Source: an uncultured Prolixibacteraceae bacterium
GTDB taxonomy: Bacteria > Bacteroidota > Bacteroidia > Bacteroidales > Prolixibacteraceae
Direction: 5' to 3'
NCBI GenBank assembly: GCA_964540755.1
Contig: CAZIOB010000104.1
Location: 5,576-69,575, forward strand
DNA length: 64,000 nt
Below are positions 36,708 through 47,381 of the stretch, piece after piece. The notes beneath the pieces were generated by a model that was not told the origin of the DNA, did no database searches, and saw only the letters and a program-made list of their open reading frames with translations. The position numbers were made by a program, and so were the translations under genes. Numbering within the stretch: the first letter of the stretch is position 1; every line of letters begins with the position of its first letter.

Positions 36708-39700
36708 TTAGTTATCTTGTAATCCCAGCGCCTCTTTTATCCCGGAGAATAATGTTTTCCACCAGTAGTTTATTATGGACCTCCGGCTGTCACGGTCATA
36801 TGTGACCGAAACGGTATCCGGCCTGTTACCTTTGGGATATTTTGAGTTCAGTACAAAATTATTTGCCCAGAATGAAGCAAACCTGGCCTTTTGAAGAACA
36901 GGACTGTTATATTCATGAATTGCGATTTTCAGATCCTCATAATTTATATTCATAAACAATACGGAAGAGTTCTCGTCGGCTGAAATTTTAAAATCCAGTA
37001 AGTTAAGATAGCCGTTTTCAACAGATATCGGCTCTGCTTTAGTTAACATAACATTTATCGGCTCAAGTTTCATTGGTTCAAGGGATCCCTCTATAGTATG
37101 CTTATATCCCGGAGCTGAAAGATCAAAATTAATACGGGCCGACAGCATGGCGTGATTAAATAACCTGGTGTTGGCATTAATAATGAAATGGCTGTTGTCC
37201 TGAATAATTTCAGGTATATTTGATAAACCGCCGCCATTCAGCGTCATATCTTCAAATTTAACATATCCGGGCTCATCATGAATACTCATTAATTCACTAT
37301 ATATCAGACAAGATGGCCTGAGCAGCACAGAGTCAAAAAGAAAATGCTGGTCAGTCTGCTTTAAAAGATCCTGCGGCCAGGGCGGACGCTGATCCGGATT
37401 CAAAGGGTAACGCTTATTCCTGTATATTTTAAGAACTGAAGGCCCCAGCTCTAAAAGACCTGCAACCAAAATATTATCCTGTAACCATTTTTTCTCATCA
37501 ATGTCTCTGAGTGTCACATAAGAAATTTCAGTATTGACAATATCGGTCTGGTATCCATCCGTATTCGGGCTTTTACCTTTTTCCATGGCCGGATTAATTC
37601 CCAGGTTTATAAGAAGGAGATCATGCCCGGTTGAATTATACACCATTGAGTCTGCTGTAAAAGTGTATCGGCCGTCTTTACTTTGCTTTACCAGATTAGT
37701 GGTTGAGATTTCAAATTCTCCTGAGTTAAGCAGGTTAGAGGGTGATTTGTTTTTACTTATGAGGATATCTTTAAAGTTGAGGTTAAAATTATTATCAAAA
37801 AGCTGTTTCCTGAGCCAGTTAAAATTCAGTTTTAAATTATTAAAAGAGAGGTTATTTATTTTAATCTGTTCTGTAAGTGTTTCTATAAAGGGATAAAGAT
37901 CAAGAGTCTGTATGAATTTCAGTGTATCACCTTTAAGTTCCTGGTTTATTTTAATATCAATATCAGGATTATTAACTGTTATTGTGTTAAAATTAAAGTG
38001 GTTATCATCAATTGCAGCTGGAAGGTCAAACTCATTAAATTTAATTTCCGGTAAATATATATTAAAATGATTCTCCTTTTCCGAAGGCATGAAAGGTTCC
38101 ACTTTAAGTCCTGTAAACTCAATTCCCTGCTTATCCCGGTTGTAACGCAGTTCTTCAATTGAAAAATTGTGTTTTTTCTTAAGAGGTATTCTGAAGTCAT
38201 AAATATTCAGTAAAATATTATTGCTGCTTATTCCCGCATTATTATTCCTGTTATTCTTTATGACAACAGAAGGCATTGACAGGTCGAAACGGAAGTTGGC
38301 AGAGGCTTTATTCTTGATTCCCCGGGATTCATAAGTAATTACTTTTCCACCGGTAAGTTTGAGCTCACCCAGTCTCAGAGAATCTATAATTTTTGGGAAA
38401 GGTATTTTATATTTATTCAAATCCAAAAATTTTCTTCCCTGTTTTTCAATAAAAACTTCTATACCCGGGGTGACCAGCTCCAGTTTGTCAAATTCAGGTT
38501 TATGCAGATAATATGCTTTCTGAAAATCAAAATCCGATATTTTTATTTGGGGTATTGCAATCTTAAATTTTACAGGAAGCTGTTCATAATTATCAGAGGT
38601 AATCAAAGGATAGAGATGAGCATCGCTCACTGTCAGCCTCGATTCAGCAGAAGAGATATTAATTTTACCCGTTTTAAGAACATGCACGCCATCAGATAAT
38701 TCGAACTGTTGATCATTTATCGTTAAATTAAAGTTATCAGAAAACAGGAGCCGTTGTTTTTCCAATTCTTTATTATTAAGTCTGAACCTGTTCAATGATG
38801 CTGAAAACTCATTATCGAAAGAGATTGTTTTTCCTTTGCCTGTATGATTAATCCATGTCAGTTTCCCGTTAGCAACTGAAAAACTATCAATGTCAAAGTC
38901 TTCTATATAATTAAAGAGTAACTGCCAGAACTCGGTTAATTCTATTTTACCCTTTGCTGCCCTCAGTGTTCCAAAATTTTCAAAATAGATAAGAGGGCGG
39001 GAGATATTGAATTGTGAGATTTTAAGCTTTTTGTGAAAAAATGCATTACGAAGGTCTATTCCGTCAAGATTAATAAGAGGGACAGAAATATTAAAAAGTT
39101 CTGACCTGTTATATTTCTGTATTGTTTCATAATTAATGTTTTCTGCAACAGGTGAAAGCTTAAGATTTTCAATTTGTACATTTTGGTTCAGGCTTGAGAT
39201 TGCTATTTTTTTTATATCAATTTTATGCAGATTATCGATTAATTTCAGCTGATAATTTGAAAAAAGCATGTCGAGGGCAGTAGCATAAAAAAATTTATCA
39301 GTTCTTTTCACACTTGCTGAGTCAAGAGTGAAATCAGTCAGGCTGAAATCAAAATCAGTCTCAAAATAACCCTGTACCTTTTTATCGTAACGGTTCTGGA
39401 TGTTTAGCTTCCCTTTCTCTATATATACAAGGTTAGAATATACTCCAAGCAGATAATCCGTCACCAGTTCGAAAAGCAGTCCCGCATCATTCATCTCTTT
39501 TGTTTTCTTTAAGTCAAGATGATATTGCAGATGCACATCCGGTTTCGTGATTTTAATTTTGGAGACCGGTAGTATGCGTTTATGATACAAGCTCAGAAAG
39601 TCTGCGTTCTCAATATTGACTTCGTCGCATTCGATATTTACTTCAGTACGTGTTGTACTATTTCCGGGAGTTATGGGTTGAATATCTATTTTCCTGACAA

Positions 39701-40976
39701 ACAGCTGATTGGAAAAAGTTGAGACAAATAATGAATCAGCCCTGAAACTATGGTGGTTATCTTCAAGACGGAGATAGTATCCGTCCACCTGCATTTCAAG
39801 GTTATCGGCATGGAACATTTTATTAAGGTCCACGGCTGATGTTGAGTCCAGTTCAAATCCTCTCAGTTCAATGTCAATAGATTTAAATTGCTGTTGATAT
39901 TCATTTAATTCAGGCTGTTTGTAAATTTCAAGGTTTGCTCCGGTGAGGAGAAAGGTATCTACAACCATTTTGGTAAATTGATTACAGACAAGTGTATATA
40001 AATCAAAGTTATTTATATCCTCTATATTAAGCTGGTTATATATTTCTTTACGGAAGAATTTAATAACAGGATTTTTAAATTCAAGGAACCTGATACTCAG
40101 TGAGTCCTTCATTGTAAATCGTGTTAAGCTTCGGCTCTTAAGGAATACTTCCGGGACATAAACTTCGAAAAGATTTTTTTTTGTACTGCTGTACAAGGGG
40201 TTGAGCTTAAATCCCCATGCCCTTATGCCGGAGGTTTTTAAAGAATAGGCGAGGGTGTCGATAGTGAGCACATGCAAACTGTCACCCATATCGTTTTTGA
40301 AATCATTCATTCTGATAACGACATCATCAGTTTTAAAAAAATCTGTCTCATTGCTGATCATTGATTTTCCGGTATGGAATCCCATAATGTCAACAGAGAC
40401 ACGGGTTGCGTGTGATATTAAGTTTGAATCGCCAATAGCGCTGTAAAAGCTAAAATCAGCTTCCTCAAGTTCAATTTTCTTTATTGTTATTTCACCGGCA
40501 GATTTAAGAAGAGGTTTTATTTTTGAAATAATTTCAGAGGTGATCTGCAAAGAATCAGTTCCAATAAGCTCCCGCCCTTCCAGTTTAAATGACGGCTGTT
40601 TGATTTTCACCAGATCACAATTAAATTTTATCTCTTTAAAAAACAGGTTCCGCGATATATTTTCCAGTCTTATCCGTGCAGCTGAAAATGTGTAAAGTGC
40701 TTTTTCACTGTTTCCTTTCTGTCTGAAGGCAGGTTTGTAGGGTATTAGTTTTACATTATTAAAGTTAAAAGAAAACGGGAAGAGTTCGCTTTCAATTTTT
40801 TCAATTGTCAGAGTATAAGTACCCCCGGATCTTTTTTTTACATATTCTGACAGATAGCCTGACAAACAAGATGGAATAATGAACCAGAGTATTGTAAATG
40901 CCCCGATAATTACCAGGAAACCTGATATGGCATACATCCATTTAATAGATTTTATTTTGACTTTTTTTTGCGCCAT
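36708..40976 (-). CDS. Giant N-terminally anchored envelope protein (AsmA-like / TamB-like)
   Basis: 1422 aa with a single N-terminal TM helix, followed by a long beta-rich, Asn/Lys/Phe-rich sequence without catalytic motifs. The architecture is typical of the AsmA family. No tamA partner is adjacent. Confidence 0.45.
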   Translation of the reverse strand: MAQKKVKIKSIKWMYAISGFLVIIGAFTILWFIIPSCLSGYLSEYVKKRSGGTYTLTIEKIESELFPFSFNFNNVKLIPYKPAFRQKGNSEKALYTFSAARIRLENISRNLFFKEIKFNCDLVKIKQPSFKLEGRELIGTDSLQITSEIISKIKPLLKSAGEITIKKIELEEADFSFYSAIGDSNLISHATRVSVDIMGFHTGKSMISNETDFFKTDDVVIRMNDFKNDMGDSLHVLTIDTLAYSLKTSGIRAWGFKLNPLYSSTKKNLFEVYVPEVFLKSRSLTRFTMKDSLSIRFLEFKNPVIKFFRKEIYNQLNIEDINNFDLYTLVCNQFTKMVVDTFLLTGANLEIYKQPELNEYQQQFKSIDIELRGFELDSTSAVDLNKMFHADNLEMQVDGYYLRLEDNHHSFRADSLFVSTFSNQLFVRKIDIQPITPGNSTTRTEVNIECDEVNIENADFLSLYHKRILPVSKIKITKPDVHLQYHLDLKKTKEMNDAGLLFELVTDYLLGVYSNLVYIEKGKLNIQNRYDKKVQGYFETDFDFSLTDFTLDSASVKRTDKFFYATALDMLFSNYQLKLIDNLHKIDIKKIAISSLNQNVQIENLKLSPVAENINYETIQKYNRSELFNISVPLINLDGIDLRNAFFHKKLKISQFNISRPLIYFENFGTLRAAKGKIELTEFWQLLFNYIEDFDIDSFSVANGKLTWINHTGKGKTISFDNEFSASLNRFRLNNKELEKQRLLFSDNFNLTINDQQFELSDGVHVLKTGKINISSAESRLTVSDAHLYPLITSDNYEQLPVKFKIAIPQIKISDFDFQKAYYLHKPEFDKLELVTPGIEVFIEKQGRKFLDLNKYKIPFPKIIDSLRLGELKLTGGKVITYESRGIKNKASANFRFDLSMPSVVIKNNRNNNAGISSNNILLNIYDFRIPLKKKHNFSIEELRYNRDKQGIEFTGLKVEPFMPSEKENHFNIYLPEIKFNEFDLPAAIDDNHFNFNTITVNNPDIDIKINQELKGDTLKFIQTLDLYPFIETLTEQIKINNLSFNNLKLNFNWLRKQLFDNNFNLNFKDILISKNKSPSNLLNSGEFEISTTNLVKQSKDGRYTFTADSMVYNSTGHDLLLINLGINPAMEKGKSPNTDGYQTDIVNTEISYVTLRDIDEKKWLQDNILVAGLLELGPSVLKIYRNKRYPLNPDQRPPWPQDLLKQTDQHFLFDSVLLRPSCLIYSELMSIHDEPGYVKFEDMTLNGGGLSNIPEIIQDNSHFIINANTRLFNHAMLSARINFDLSAPGYKHTIEGSLEPMKLEPINVMLTKAEPISVENGYLNLLDFKISADENSSVLFMNINYEDLKIAIHEYNSPVLQKARFASFWANNFVLNSKYPKGNRPDTVSVTYDRDSRRSIINYWWKTLFSGIKEALGLQDN

Positions 40977-41366
40977 ACTACGACTGGTAATTTTTTACCT
41001 AAAGATAGATGATTTTTTAATATTTGTTTTTTCAGGATTATTGTACAGCCTAAAAATTAAATAACTCACTTGTTTGTTTTATCTAAAAAACTTTTAACAG
41101 TAAATTAAATTGTTATTTTTGTATATAAATATTATCTGCGGCTAATTGTTATGAAACTGATATTTACTTTCATTGTCTGGTTAAGTGATAGTTTCAAATT
41201 AAAAGCAAGTCCGGCAAAAATTATGCTGATAACAGGTGTTCATTGTTTTATATACAAAGCTGTTTTTTGTAATGCCGTTTACCATGAGGGTATAAAGTAA
41301 GTAAGGAGGCAAAAAATTTGATTGAACCAATTAATTATTAATTAATATAATTTTAAAATCATTTTT

Positions 41367-42587
41367 ATGGAAAAATTAAAGCGATTAATGTTATTCAATG
41401 CCAGTTGTCTGGCCCTTGTTGTAACAGCACTTACATTTGGTACCCGTGGCGGTTTTATCACTCCATGGATGGATGAATTTCAGTTAACAGGAGCCCAGGT
41501 TGGCTGGATTGTCGGAACAGCCTTCTGGGGATTCACACTTGCAATGGTTATATTCGGACCCCTGGTTGATGTGATGGGTATAGGAAGAGTAATAGCCGTT
41601 GCTTTTGCCTGTCATGTTATCGGACTGGTAATGACCATTTTTGCCAATGGTTTCTGGACACTTTTCTTTTCAACGATGTTCATAGGAATTGCCAATGGGA
41701 GTGTTGAAGCTGCCTGTAATCCTCTTATCACGGCTCTCTATCCGAATGACAAAACAGCAAAGCTCAACCGTTTCCATATGTGGTTCCCGGCGGGAATTGT
41801 GTTTGGAGGACTGCTTGTTTACTTTTTTGCCAAAATCGGATGGGACTGGAGAATACAAACTGCTGTGATGTTATTGCCGACCCTGGGGTACGGACTGATG
41901 TTTATTGGCAGAAAATTTCCGGAAACAGAACGTGTATCTTCCGGCGCTTCTTATAAGGATATGCTTAAGGCATGCGTTTCCCCGCTGTTCCTTTTAATGG
42001 CATTCTTTATGATCTTCACTGCAGCCACTGAGCTGGGCACTAACCAATGGATAGCTGCACTTTTTAATCATTCAGTGGATAAATTGTTTGGAGCCGGCCT
42101 CAGCTCAATACTTATTTTGGTCTGGATATCTGCAGTTATGGCTATTGCTCGTCTTCTTGCCGGTCCGGTCGTTCACCGGCTTTCCGGAATAGGTGTGTTA
42201 TTATTCTCTGCTGTTTTTTCGGGAATAGGCCTCTATCTGATGAGTATCTCCTCCGGAATAATACTGTTTGCAGCGGCCACAGTTTTTGCCATTGGCGTTG
42301 CTTATTTCTGGCCGAATATGCTGGGTGTTGTTGCTGAAAAAGTTCCTACCAGCGGTGCTTTGGGACTTGCCATTATGGGAGGTATCGGATTTTTGGGCGG
42401 AGCCATTGCCCAGCCTGTATTGGGAAGGATATATGACGTTCAGATGTTAAAATTTGGAAATGACCTGCAGGCAGGGGCAGCCACACTGCAATATGTTATT
42501 ATAGTTACTGTTTTTCTTACATTGGGATTCTTATATCTATTCCTTAAATATAGAAAGGATGAGCCGGCAAAGACTGAAAAGGCTTAA
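41367..42587 (+). CDS. MFS transporter
   Basis: 406 aa with about 12 TM helices in two 6-helix halves separated by a charged loop (RKFPETERVSSG). Confidence 0.8.
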   Translation: MEKLKRLMLFNASCLALVVTALTFGTRGGFITPWMDEFQLTGAQVGWIVGTAFWGFTLAMVIFGPLVDVMGIGRVIAVAFACHVIGLVMTIFANGFWTLFFSTMFIGIANGSVEAACNPLITALYPNDKTAKLNRFHMWFPAGIVFGGLLVYFFAKIGWDWRIQTAVMLLPTLGYGLMFIGRKFPETERVSSGASYKDMLKACVSPLFLLMAFFMIFTAATELGTNQWIAALFNHSVDKLFGAGLSSILILVWISAVMAIARLLAGPVVHRLSGIGVLLFSAVFSGIGLYLMSISSGIILFAAATVFAIGVAYFWPNMLGVVAEKVPTSGALGLAIMGGIGFLGGAIAQPVLGRIYDVQMLKFGNDLQAGAATLQYVIIVTVFLTLGFLYLFLKYRKDEPAKTEKA

Positions 42588-42612
42588 ACAACCGGATAAT
42601 TATCAATAAGGA

Positions 42613-43605
42613 TCAGGTCAGTGTGGCTATCATTACTGCTTTTATAGTATGTAAGCGATTTTCTGCCTGATCAAAAACTATTGAATGAGGGCCCTCAAAC
42701 ACATTTTCGGTTACCTCCATTGAAGATAAGCCAAACCCGGAGAAGATTTCATTTCCAAGTTTGGTTTTTGTATTATGCATCGCAGGCAGGCAATGCATAA
42801 ATTTTACGTTTGGATTATTAGTAAGTTTAACAGTTTGTTCATTAATCTGAAATGGTTGGAGCAGACTGATGCGTTCATGCCATTTTTCAGCCGGTTCGCC
42901 CATAGAAACCCATACGTCGGTATAAAGAAAGTCACAATCTTTTACTGCATCCTCAATTTTATCGGTCAGCAGGATCTTAGCGCCGCTTACTCCGGCAATC
43001 TCCCTGCATTGTTGCTGCAGTTTTCCGGATGGCATGCAATCATTTGGAGCAGCGGCCCTGAAGTCCATCCCCATTTTAGCAGCTCCTATCAACAGGGAGT
43101 TTCCCATGTTATTATGAGCATCACCAAGGTAACAGAATTTAATTTCAGATAAAGGTTTGCCTGAATATTCCTGCATTGTAAGAAAGTCGGCAAGCACCTG
43201 TGTGGGATGAAATTCATTGGTTAGTCCGTTCCACACCGGAACGCCTGAGTATTTGCCTAAATCTTCAACTGTGCTTTGGCTGAATCCTCTGTATCCTATC
43301 CCGTCGTAAAAGCGACCTAAAACACGTGCCGTATCTTTTATAGTCTCTTTATATCCTGTCTGTGATTCAGAAGGCCCCAGAAAAGTAACATTTGCCCCCT
43401 GGTCGAAACATGCAACCTCAAAGGCACAGCGTGTCCGGGTGGATGTTTTTTCAAATATCAGGACTATGTTTTTATTATTCAGAATTTTTTGTTCCGATTT
43501 TTCACGCCTTGATCTCTTAAGGGAGAGCGACAATTCCAGCAGGTATGATATTTCTTCAGATGAGAAATCAAGTAAAGTGAGAAAATTCCTGTTTTTAAGT
43601 TTCAT
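42613..43605 (-). CDS. Ornithine carbamoyltransferase (canonical ArgF/ArcB type)
   Basis: [17 protein letters not shown] and HCLPA motifs, and a C-terminus like enterobacterial OTC. Confidence 0.88.
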   Translation of the reverse strand: MKLKNRNFLTLLDFSSEEISYLLELSLSLKRSRREKSEQKILNNKNIVLIFEKTSTRTRCAFEVACFDQGANVTFLGPSESQTGYKETIKDTARVLGRFYDGIGYRGFSQSTVEDLGKYSGVPVWNGLTNEFHPTQVLADFLTMQEYSGKPLSEIKFCYLGDAHNNMGNSLLIGAAKMGMDFRAAAPNDCMPSGKLQQQCREIAGVSGAKILLTDKIEDAVKDCDFLYTDVWVSMGEPAEKWHERISLLQPFQINEQTVKLTNNPNVKFMHCLPAMHNTKTKLGNEIFSGFGLSSMEVTENVFEGPHSIVFDQAENRLHTIKAVMIATLT

Positions 43606-43789
43606 GGGAATATAATTTTTTAATGCATTTATTCAGTCAGATCTGTATCCTGATATTTTTTCCGATAACAAACATAAAAAAATACTGTGAATAACATTAT
43701 CGGGTTATGATGATTTTCCATGTTTAAATGACATACATAACCTGATTTTTTAGTTAAATTTGCAGATATTTTAACAGGAAAAACTTTTT

Positions 43790-46168
43790 ATGGCATTGAA
43801 AAGGAATAGATCCGGCAATACACGCAGGAAAAAAGGAAGCTCGAACAGAACATTATTTAATAATGAAAAATTCAGGTTTTTGTCGGGCATTTTCCTTTTG
43901 TTAATTGCTGCATACCTGTTGATAGCCTTTATCTCTTTTCTTTTTTATGGTGCAGCTGATCAGAGCAGCCTGGATTTGCCATGGAGAAAATTAATCCTGA
44001 ATTCTGATATTAATGTTTATAACAAAGCTGGCAAAACAGGCGCTTATCTCTCCGAGGTAATTATTAACAGAGGCTTTGGATTTGCTTCATTTATATTTAT
44101 TTATTTGTTGGTAATAAGCGGGTTGAAAATTTTAAACAGCAAACTGGTCAGGTTTCGAAGGAATTTTTTCTACAGTATTTTTTTATTAGTTTGGATTTCT
44201 GTCCTGGCAGGATTTGTATTTCCTAAGACAGATGCCTCTTCATTTATGTATCCCGGTGGACTATACGGATTTGTCATAAGTAACTGGTTAACTTCGTTAG
44301 TGGGGAAGCCGGGGGTAGTAATTATCCTTTTTATTTCGCTATTCACTGTAATTATTGGTCGTTTTGAAAAAGCATATTCTTTTATTAAGGGCTTATTCAG
44401 GAAGAAACAGCATGAAAGTGTATTCCCCGAAACTGAGGAAAAGGAAGGGGAACCTGATTATGAAGACTCTGTCTCTAAAGTTATTGAAGAAGATGATGAT
44501 GTAGTCAAAGCGATTTTTGATCCTGATTCCGGGGATGAGCCGGATATACGGGAAGAGCAAAAAATCAATGCTGACAATGAAAATACGGAAGGCGATCTGA
44601 AACTTACCATTCACCAGAAGACAGAAGAGGAGGAAGCAGATGAATTTGGAGAAAATGAATGGGAGGATTATGATCCTACTCTCGAACTGTCAAATTACAA
44701 ATTCCCGACATTTGATCTTCTTGAAGACCATAGTTCGGAAAATGCGGAGGTAAGTAACGAAGAACTTATTGCCAATAAGAACAAGATTGTTGAAACTCTG
44801 CGTCATTATAAGATTGAAATTACAAAGATACGTGCGACTATAGGTCCTACCATCACACTTTATGAGATAGTACCTGCTCCCGGTATCCGCATAGCAAAAA
44901 TCAAAAATCTGGAAGATGACATTGCCCTTAGTCTTGCAGCGCTTGGAATACGTATTATAGCCCCTATACCTGGCCGGGGCACTATCGGAATCGAAGTCCC
45001 AAACCAGAACCCTGAGATAGTGTCTATGAGGTCAATATTGGGATCCAGGAAATTTCAGGAGAGTATGGCTGAGCTGCCTGTAGCATTAGGAAAGACCATT
45101 TCAAATGAGACATATATGTTTGATCTGGCGAAAATGCCACATATACTGGTTGCAGGTGCAACAGGCCAGGGCAAATCGGTAGGTATAAATGTAATAATAA
45201 CTTCCCTGCTATATAAGAAACATCCGTCCCAGCTTAAGTTTATCTTTGTCGATCCCAAAAAAGTTGAGCTTACACTCTATTCAGCGCTTGAAAAACATTA
45301 TCTGGCCAAACTGCCTGATCAGGATGAACCGGTTATTACTGATATTCAGAAAGTAAAGTACACATTGAATTCAATCAATGTTGAAATGGATATGCGTTAT
45401 GATCTGCTTAAGAGAGCACATTCCAGGAATGTTAAGGAGTACAATAAAAAATTTATCCATCGGAAGCTTAATCCTGAAAAGGGCCACAGGTTCCTGCCAT
45501 ACATAGTTATGGTAATTGATGAATTTGCTGACCTGATAATGACAGCAGGAAAAGAAATAGAATTACCTATTGCCCGTATTGCACAGCTTGCAAGGGCAGT
45601 GGGTATTCATATGATAATTGCCACTCAGCGGCCGTCAACCAATATTATTACTGGTGTGATCAAAGCGAATTTCCCGGCCCGTATTGCTTTTAAAGTTGCT
45701 TCTATGATTGATTCAAGAACTATTCTCGATACACCCGGAGCAAACCAGCTTGTAGGGAAGGGGGATATGCTGATTTCATCGGGAGGGGAGATGATACGTG
45801 TTCAATGTGCTTTTGTTGATACTTCAGAAGTAGAGCAAATTTGCGCTTTTATCGGTGAACAGCAAGGGTATCCGACTGCTTTTATGCTTCCCGAATATCA
45901 GGAAGATGAGGAAGGTATGCCGGGTGAGGCTGATTTAAACAATCGTGATGAATTATTTAATGATGCAGCAAGGGTTGTGGTGATCAATCAGATGGGCTCA
46001 ACATCGATGATCCAGAGAAAATTTTCTATAGGATACAACAGGGCAGGGCGCATTATGGATCAGCTTGAAAGGGCAGGAGTCGTTGGTCCCAGCGAAGGAA
46101 GCAAGGCGCGGCAGGTACTTATTCACGATGAGTATAGTTTGGAACAATTATTGAATAGCTTAAATTAA
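43790..46168 (+). CDS. ftsK: DNA translocase FtsK
   Basis: N-terminal TM helices and an acidic linker. The motor domain has Walker A GATGQGKS and Walker B VIDEFADL. The C-terminal gamma wHTH contains SMIQRKFSIGYNRAGRIMDQLE. Confidence 0.9.
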   Translation: MALKRNRSGNTRRKKGSSNRTLFNNEKFRFLSGIFLLLIAAYLLIAFISFLFYGAADQSSLDLPWRKLILNSDINVYNKAGKTGAYLSEVIINRGFGFASFIFIYLLVISGLKILNSKLVRFRRNFFYSIFLLVWISVLAGFVFPKTDASSFMYPGGLYGFVISNWLTSLVGKPGVVIILFISLFTVIIGRFEKAYSFIKGLFRKKQHESVFPETEEKEGEPDYEDSVSKVIEEDDDVVKAIFDPDSGDEPDIREEQKINADNENTEGDLKLTIHQKTEEEEADEFGENEWEDYDPTLELSNYKFPTFDLLEDHSSENAEVSNEELIANKNKIVETLRHYKIEITKIRATIGPTITLYEIVPAPGIRIAKIKNLEDDIALSLAALGIRIIAPIPGRGTIGIEVPNQNPEIVSMRSILGSRKFQESMAELPVALGKTISNETYMFDLAKMPHILVAGATGQGKSVGINVIITSLLYKKHPSQLKFIFVDPKKVELTLYSALEKHYLAKLPDQDEPVITDIQKVKYTLNSINVEMDMRYDLLKRAHSRNVKEYNKKFIHRKLNPEKGHRFLPYIVMVIDEFADLIMTAGKEIELPIARIAQLARAVGIHMIIATQRPSTNIITGVIKANFPARIAFKVASMIDSRTILDTPGANQLVGKGDMLISSGGEMIRVQCAFVDTSEVEQICAFIGEQQGYPTAFMLPEYQEDEEGMPGEADLNNRDELFNDAARVVVINQMGSTSMIQRKFSIGYNRAGRIMDQLERAGVVGPSEGSKARQVLIHDEYSLEQLLNSLN

Positions 46169-46178
46169 AGATTGAAAA

Positions 46179-46829
46179 ATGAGAAGATTATTTGTGGCGG
46201 GATTAGCCTTGGTTTTTGTTCTTTGCGCCGGGGCTCAGGATAATACGAAAGCAGACCAGATATTGGATGAAGTGAGCCAAAAGAGCAGGTCCTTTAAAAA
46301 TATATCTGCCGAGTTTGTTTTTACAATGGAAAATAAGGAGATGGAAATAAACGAAAAGAATGAAGGTTCCATTAAAATCAATGGTGAAAAATATGTTGTC
46401 AGTCTTCCGGGAATAGGCTTAAAGGTTATATCTGACGGAACCACCGTATGGAATTATATGGAAGACGGTAATCAGGTCACTATTACTAATCAGGGAAATG
46501 GGAATAATGAATTAATGGACCCGTCATCTATATTCACTATTTATGAAAAGAATTTCAGATCAAAATACATAGGAGAGAAGAAAACGGGAAATAAAATTTT
46601 ATATCAAATCGAACTTTATCCGGATAATAAGGAACATGATATTTCTAAGATAGCTCTATTCATTAATAAAGAATCGATGATGCTGGATTCAGCAGCCTTT
46701 TATGGCAACGATGGCAATTTATATGGTATTGAAGTTAAACAGATAGAAACAGATTTGAATTTGCCTGATTCATTTTTTGTTTTCGACTCCGGCAAATATG
46801 GCGATATTGAGATTATTGATTTTCGTTAA
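46179..46829 (+). CDS. lolA: LolA-like outer-membrane lipoprotein carrier protein
   Basis: Signal peptide, about 215 aa. Its position directly after ftsK is the usual Bacteroidota arrangement. The fold assignment rests on size and context. Confidence 0.65.
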   Translation: MRRLFVAGLALVFVLCAGAQDNTKADQILDEVSQKSRSFKNISAEFVFTMENKEMEINEKNEGSIKINGEKYVVSLPGIGLKVISDGTTVWNYMEDGNQVTITNQGNGNNELMDPSSIFTIYEKNFRSKYIGEKKTGNKILYQIELYPDNKEHDISKIALFINKESMMLDSAAFYGNDGNLYGIEVKQIETDLNLPDSFFVFDSGKYGDIEIIDFR

Positions 46830-47241
46830 TTAAATAACTCTGTATGGCAAGCTTGTATGAATCCAGGCCAAATCCCATGATACATCCCCTGCATACAGGG
46901 CCGATAACAGATTTATGACGAAAATCCTCCCGTGAAAGTGTGTTTGAAATATGTACCTCTGTAACTTTCGCAGGCACTGCAGCAATGGCATCTCTGATGG
47001 CTATTGAAGTATGAGTATAAGCGCCGGCATTAATAATAATTCCGTCAGCCGTGAATCCATATTCATGGATTTTGTCTATGATTTCCCCTTCAATATTGGA
47101 CTGGAAAAAAATTAATTCTATCCCGGAGAATTCTGATTTTAATTTTTTATAAAAATTTTCAAAGGATTCTGATCCGTAAATATCTCTTTCTCTCTTTCCA
47201 AGGAGATTTAAATTAGGTCCGTTGATTATCAATAACATCAT
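46813..47241 (-). CDS. aroQ: Type II 3-dehydroquinate dehydratase
   Basis: LIINGPNLNLLGKRE..IYG, NAGAYTHTS and VEVHISN-like (TEVHISN) motifs. Confidence 0.92.
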   Translation of the reverse strand: MMLLIINGPNLNLLGKRERDIYGSESFENFYKKLKSEFSGIELIFFQSNIEGEIIDKIHEYGFTADGIIINAGAYTHTSIAIRDAIAAVPAKVTEVHISNTLSREDFRHKSVIGPVCRGCIMGFGLDSYKLAIQSYLINENQ

Positions 47242-47381
47242 ATTATTACAATTTTAATTTTTTTTATAGTAACTTTATATTTGTGAAATTCGTATGATAA
47301 GTTAAAATAATTTTTTTTATTTAATTAATATTTATTATTTAATGTTTAACTCGTGAATTTATAAATTTATATTTAAATGTT

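Noticed and set aside
40962-40969. Homopolymer tracts as slipped-strand phase-variation sites: A8 at codons 3-5 of the AsmA-like gene, T8 at about 16411-16418 in the FGE-like gene, and T10 at 55191-55200 in the FKBP/CNNM spacer
   Set aside because: Runs of 8-10 A or T are common in a genome this AT-rich and mostly encode Lys-rich linkers. Without read-level length variation there is no evidence of switching.
41151-41300. 49-aa ORF upstream of the MFS transporter
   Set aside because: It has a Cys/Phe-rich, low-information sequence in an AT-rich spacer, with no supporting signals.
43790-46168. FtsK/SpoIIIE ATPase as a conjugative coupling or defence-associated translocase
   Set aside because: It has the full FtsK architecture (N-terminal TM helices, acidic linker, gamma domain) and is followed by a lolA-like gene. 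That is the standard chromosomal arrangement.
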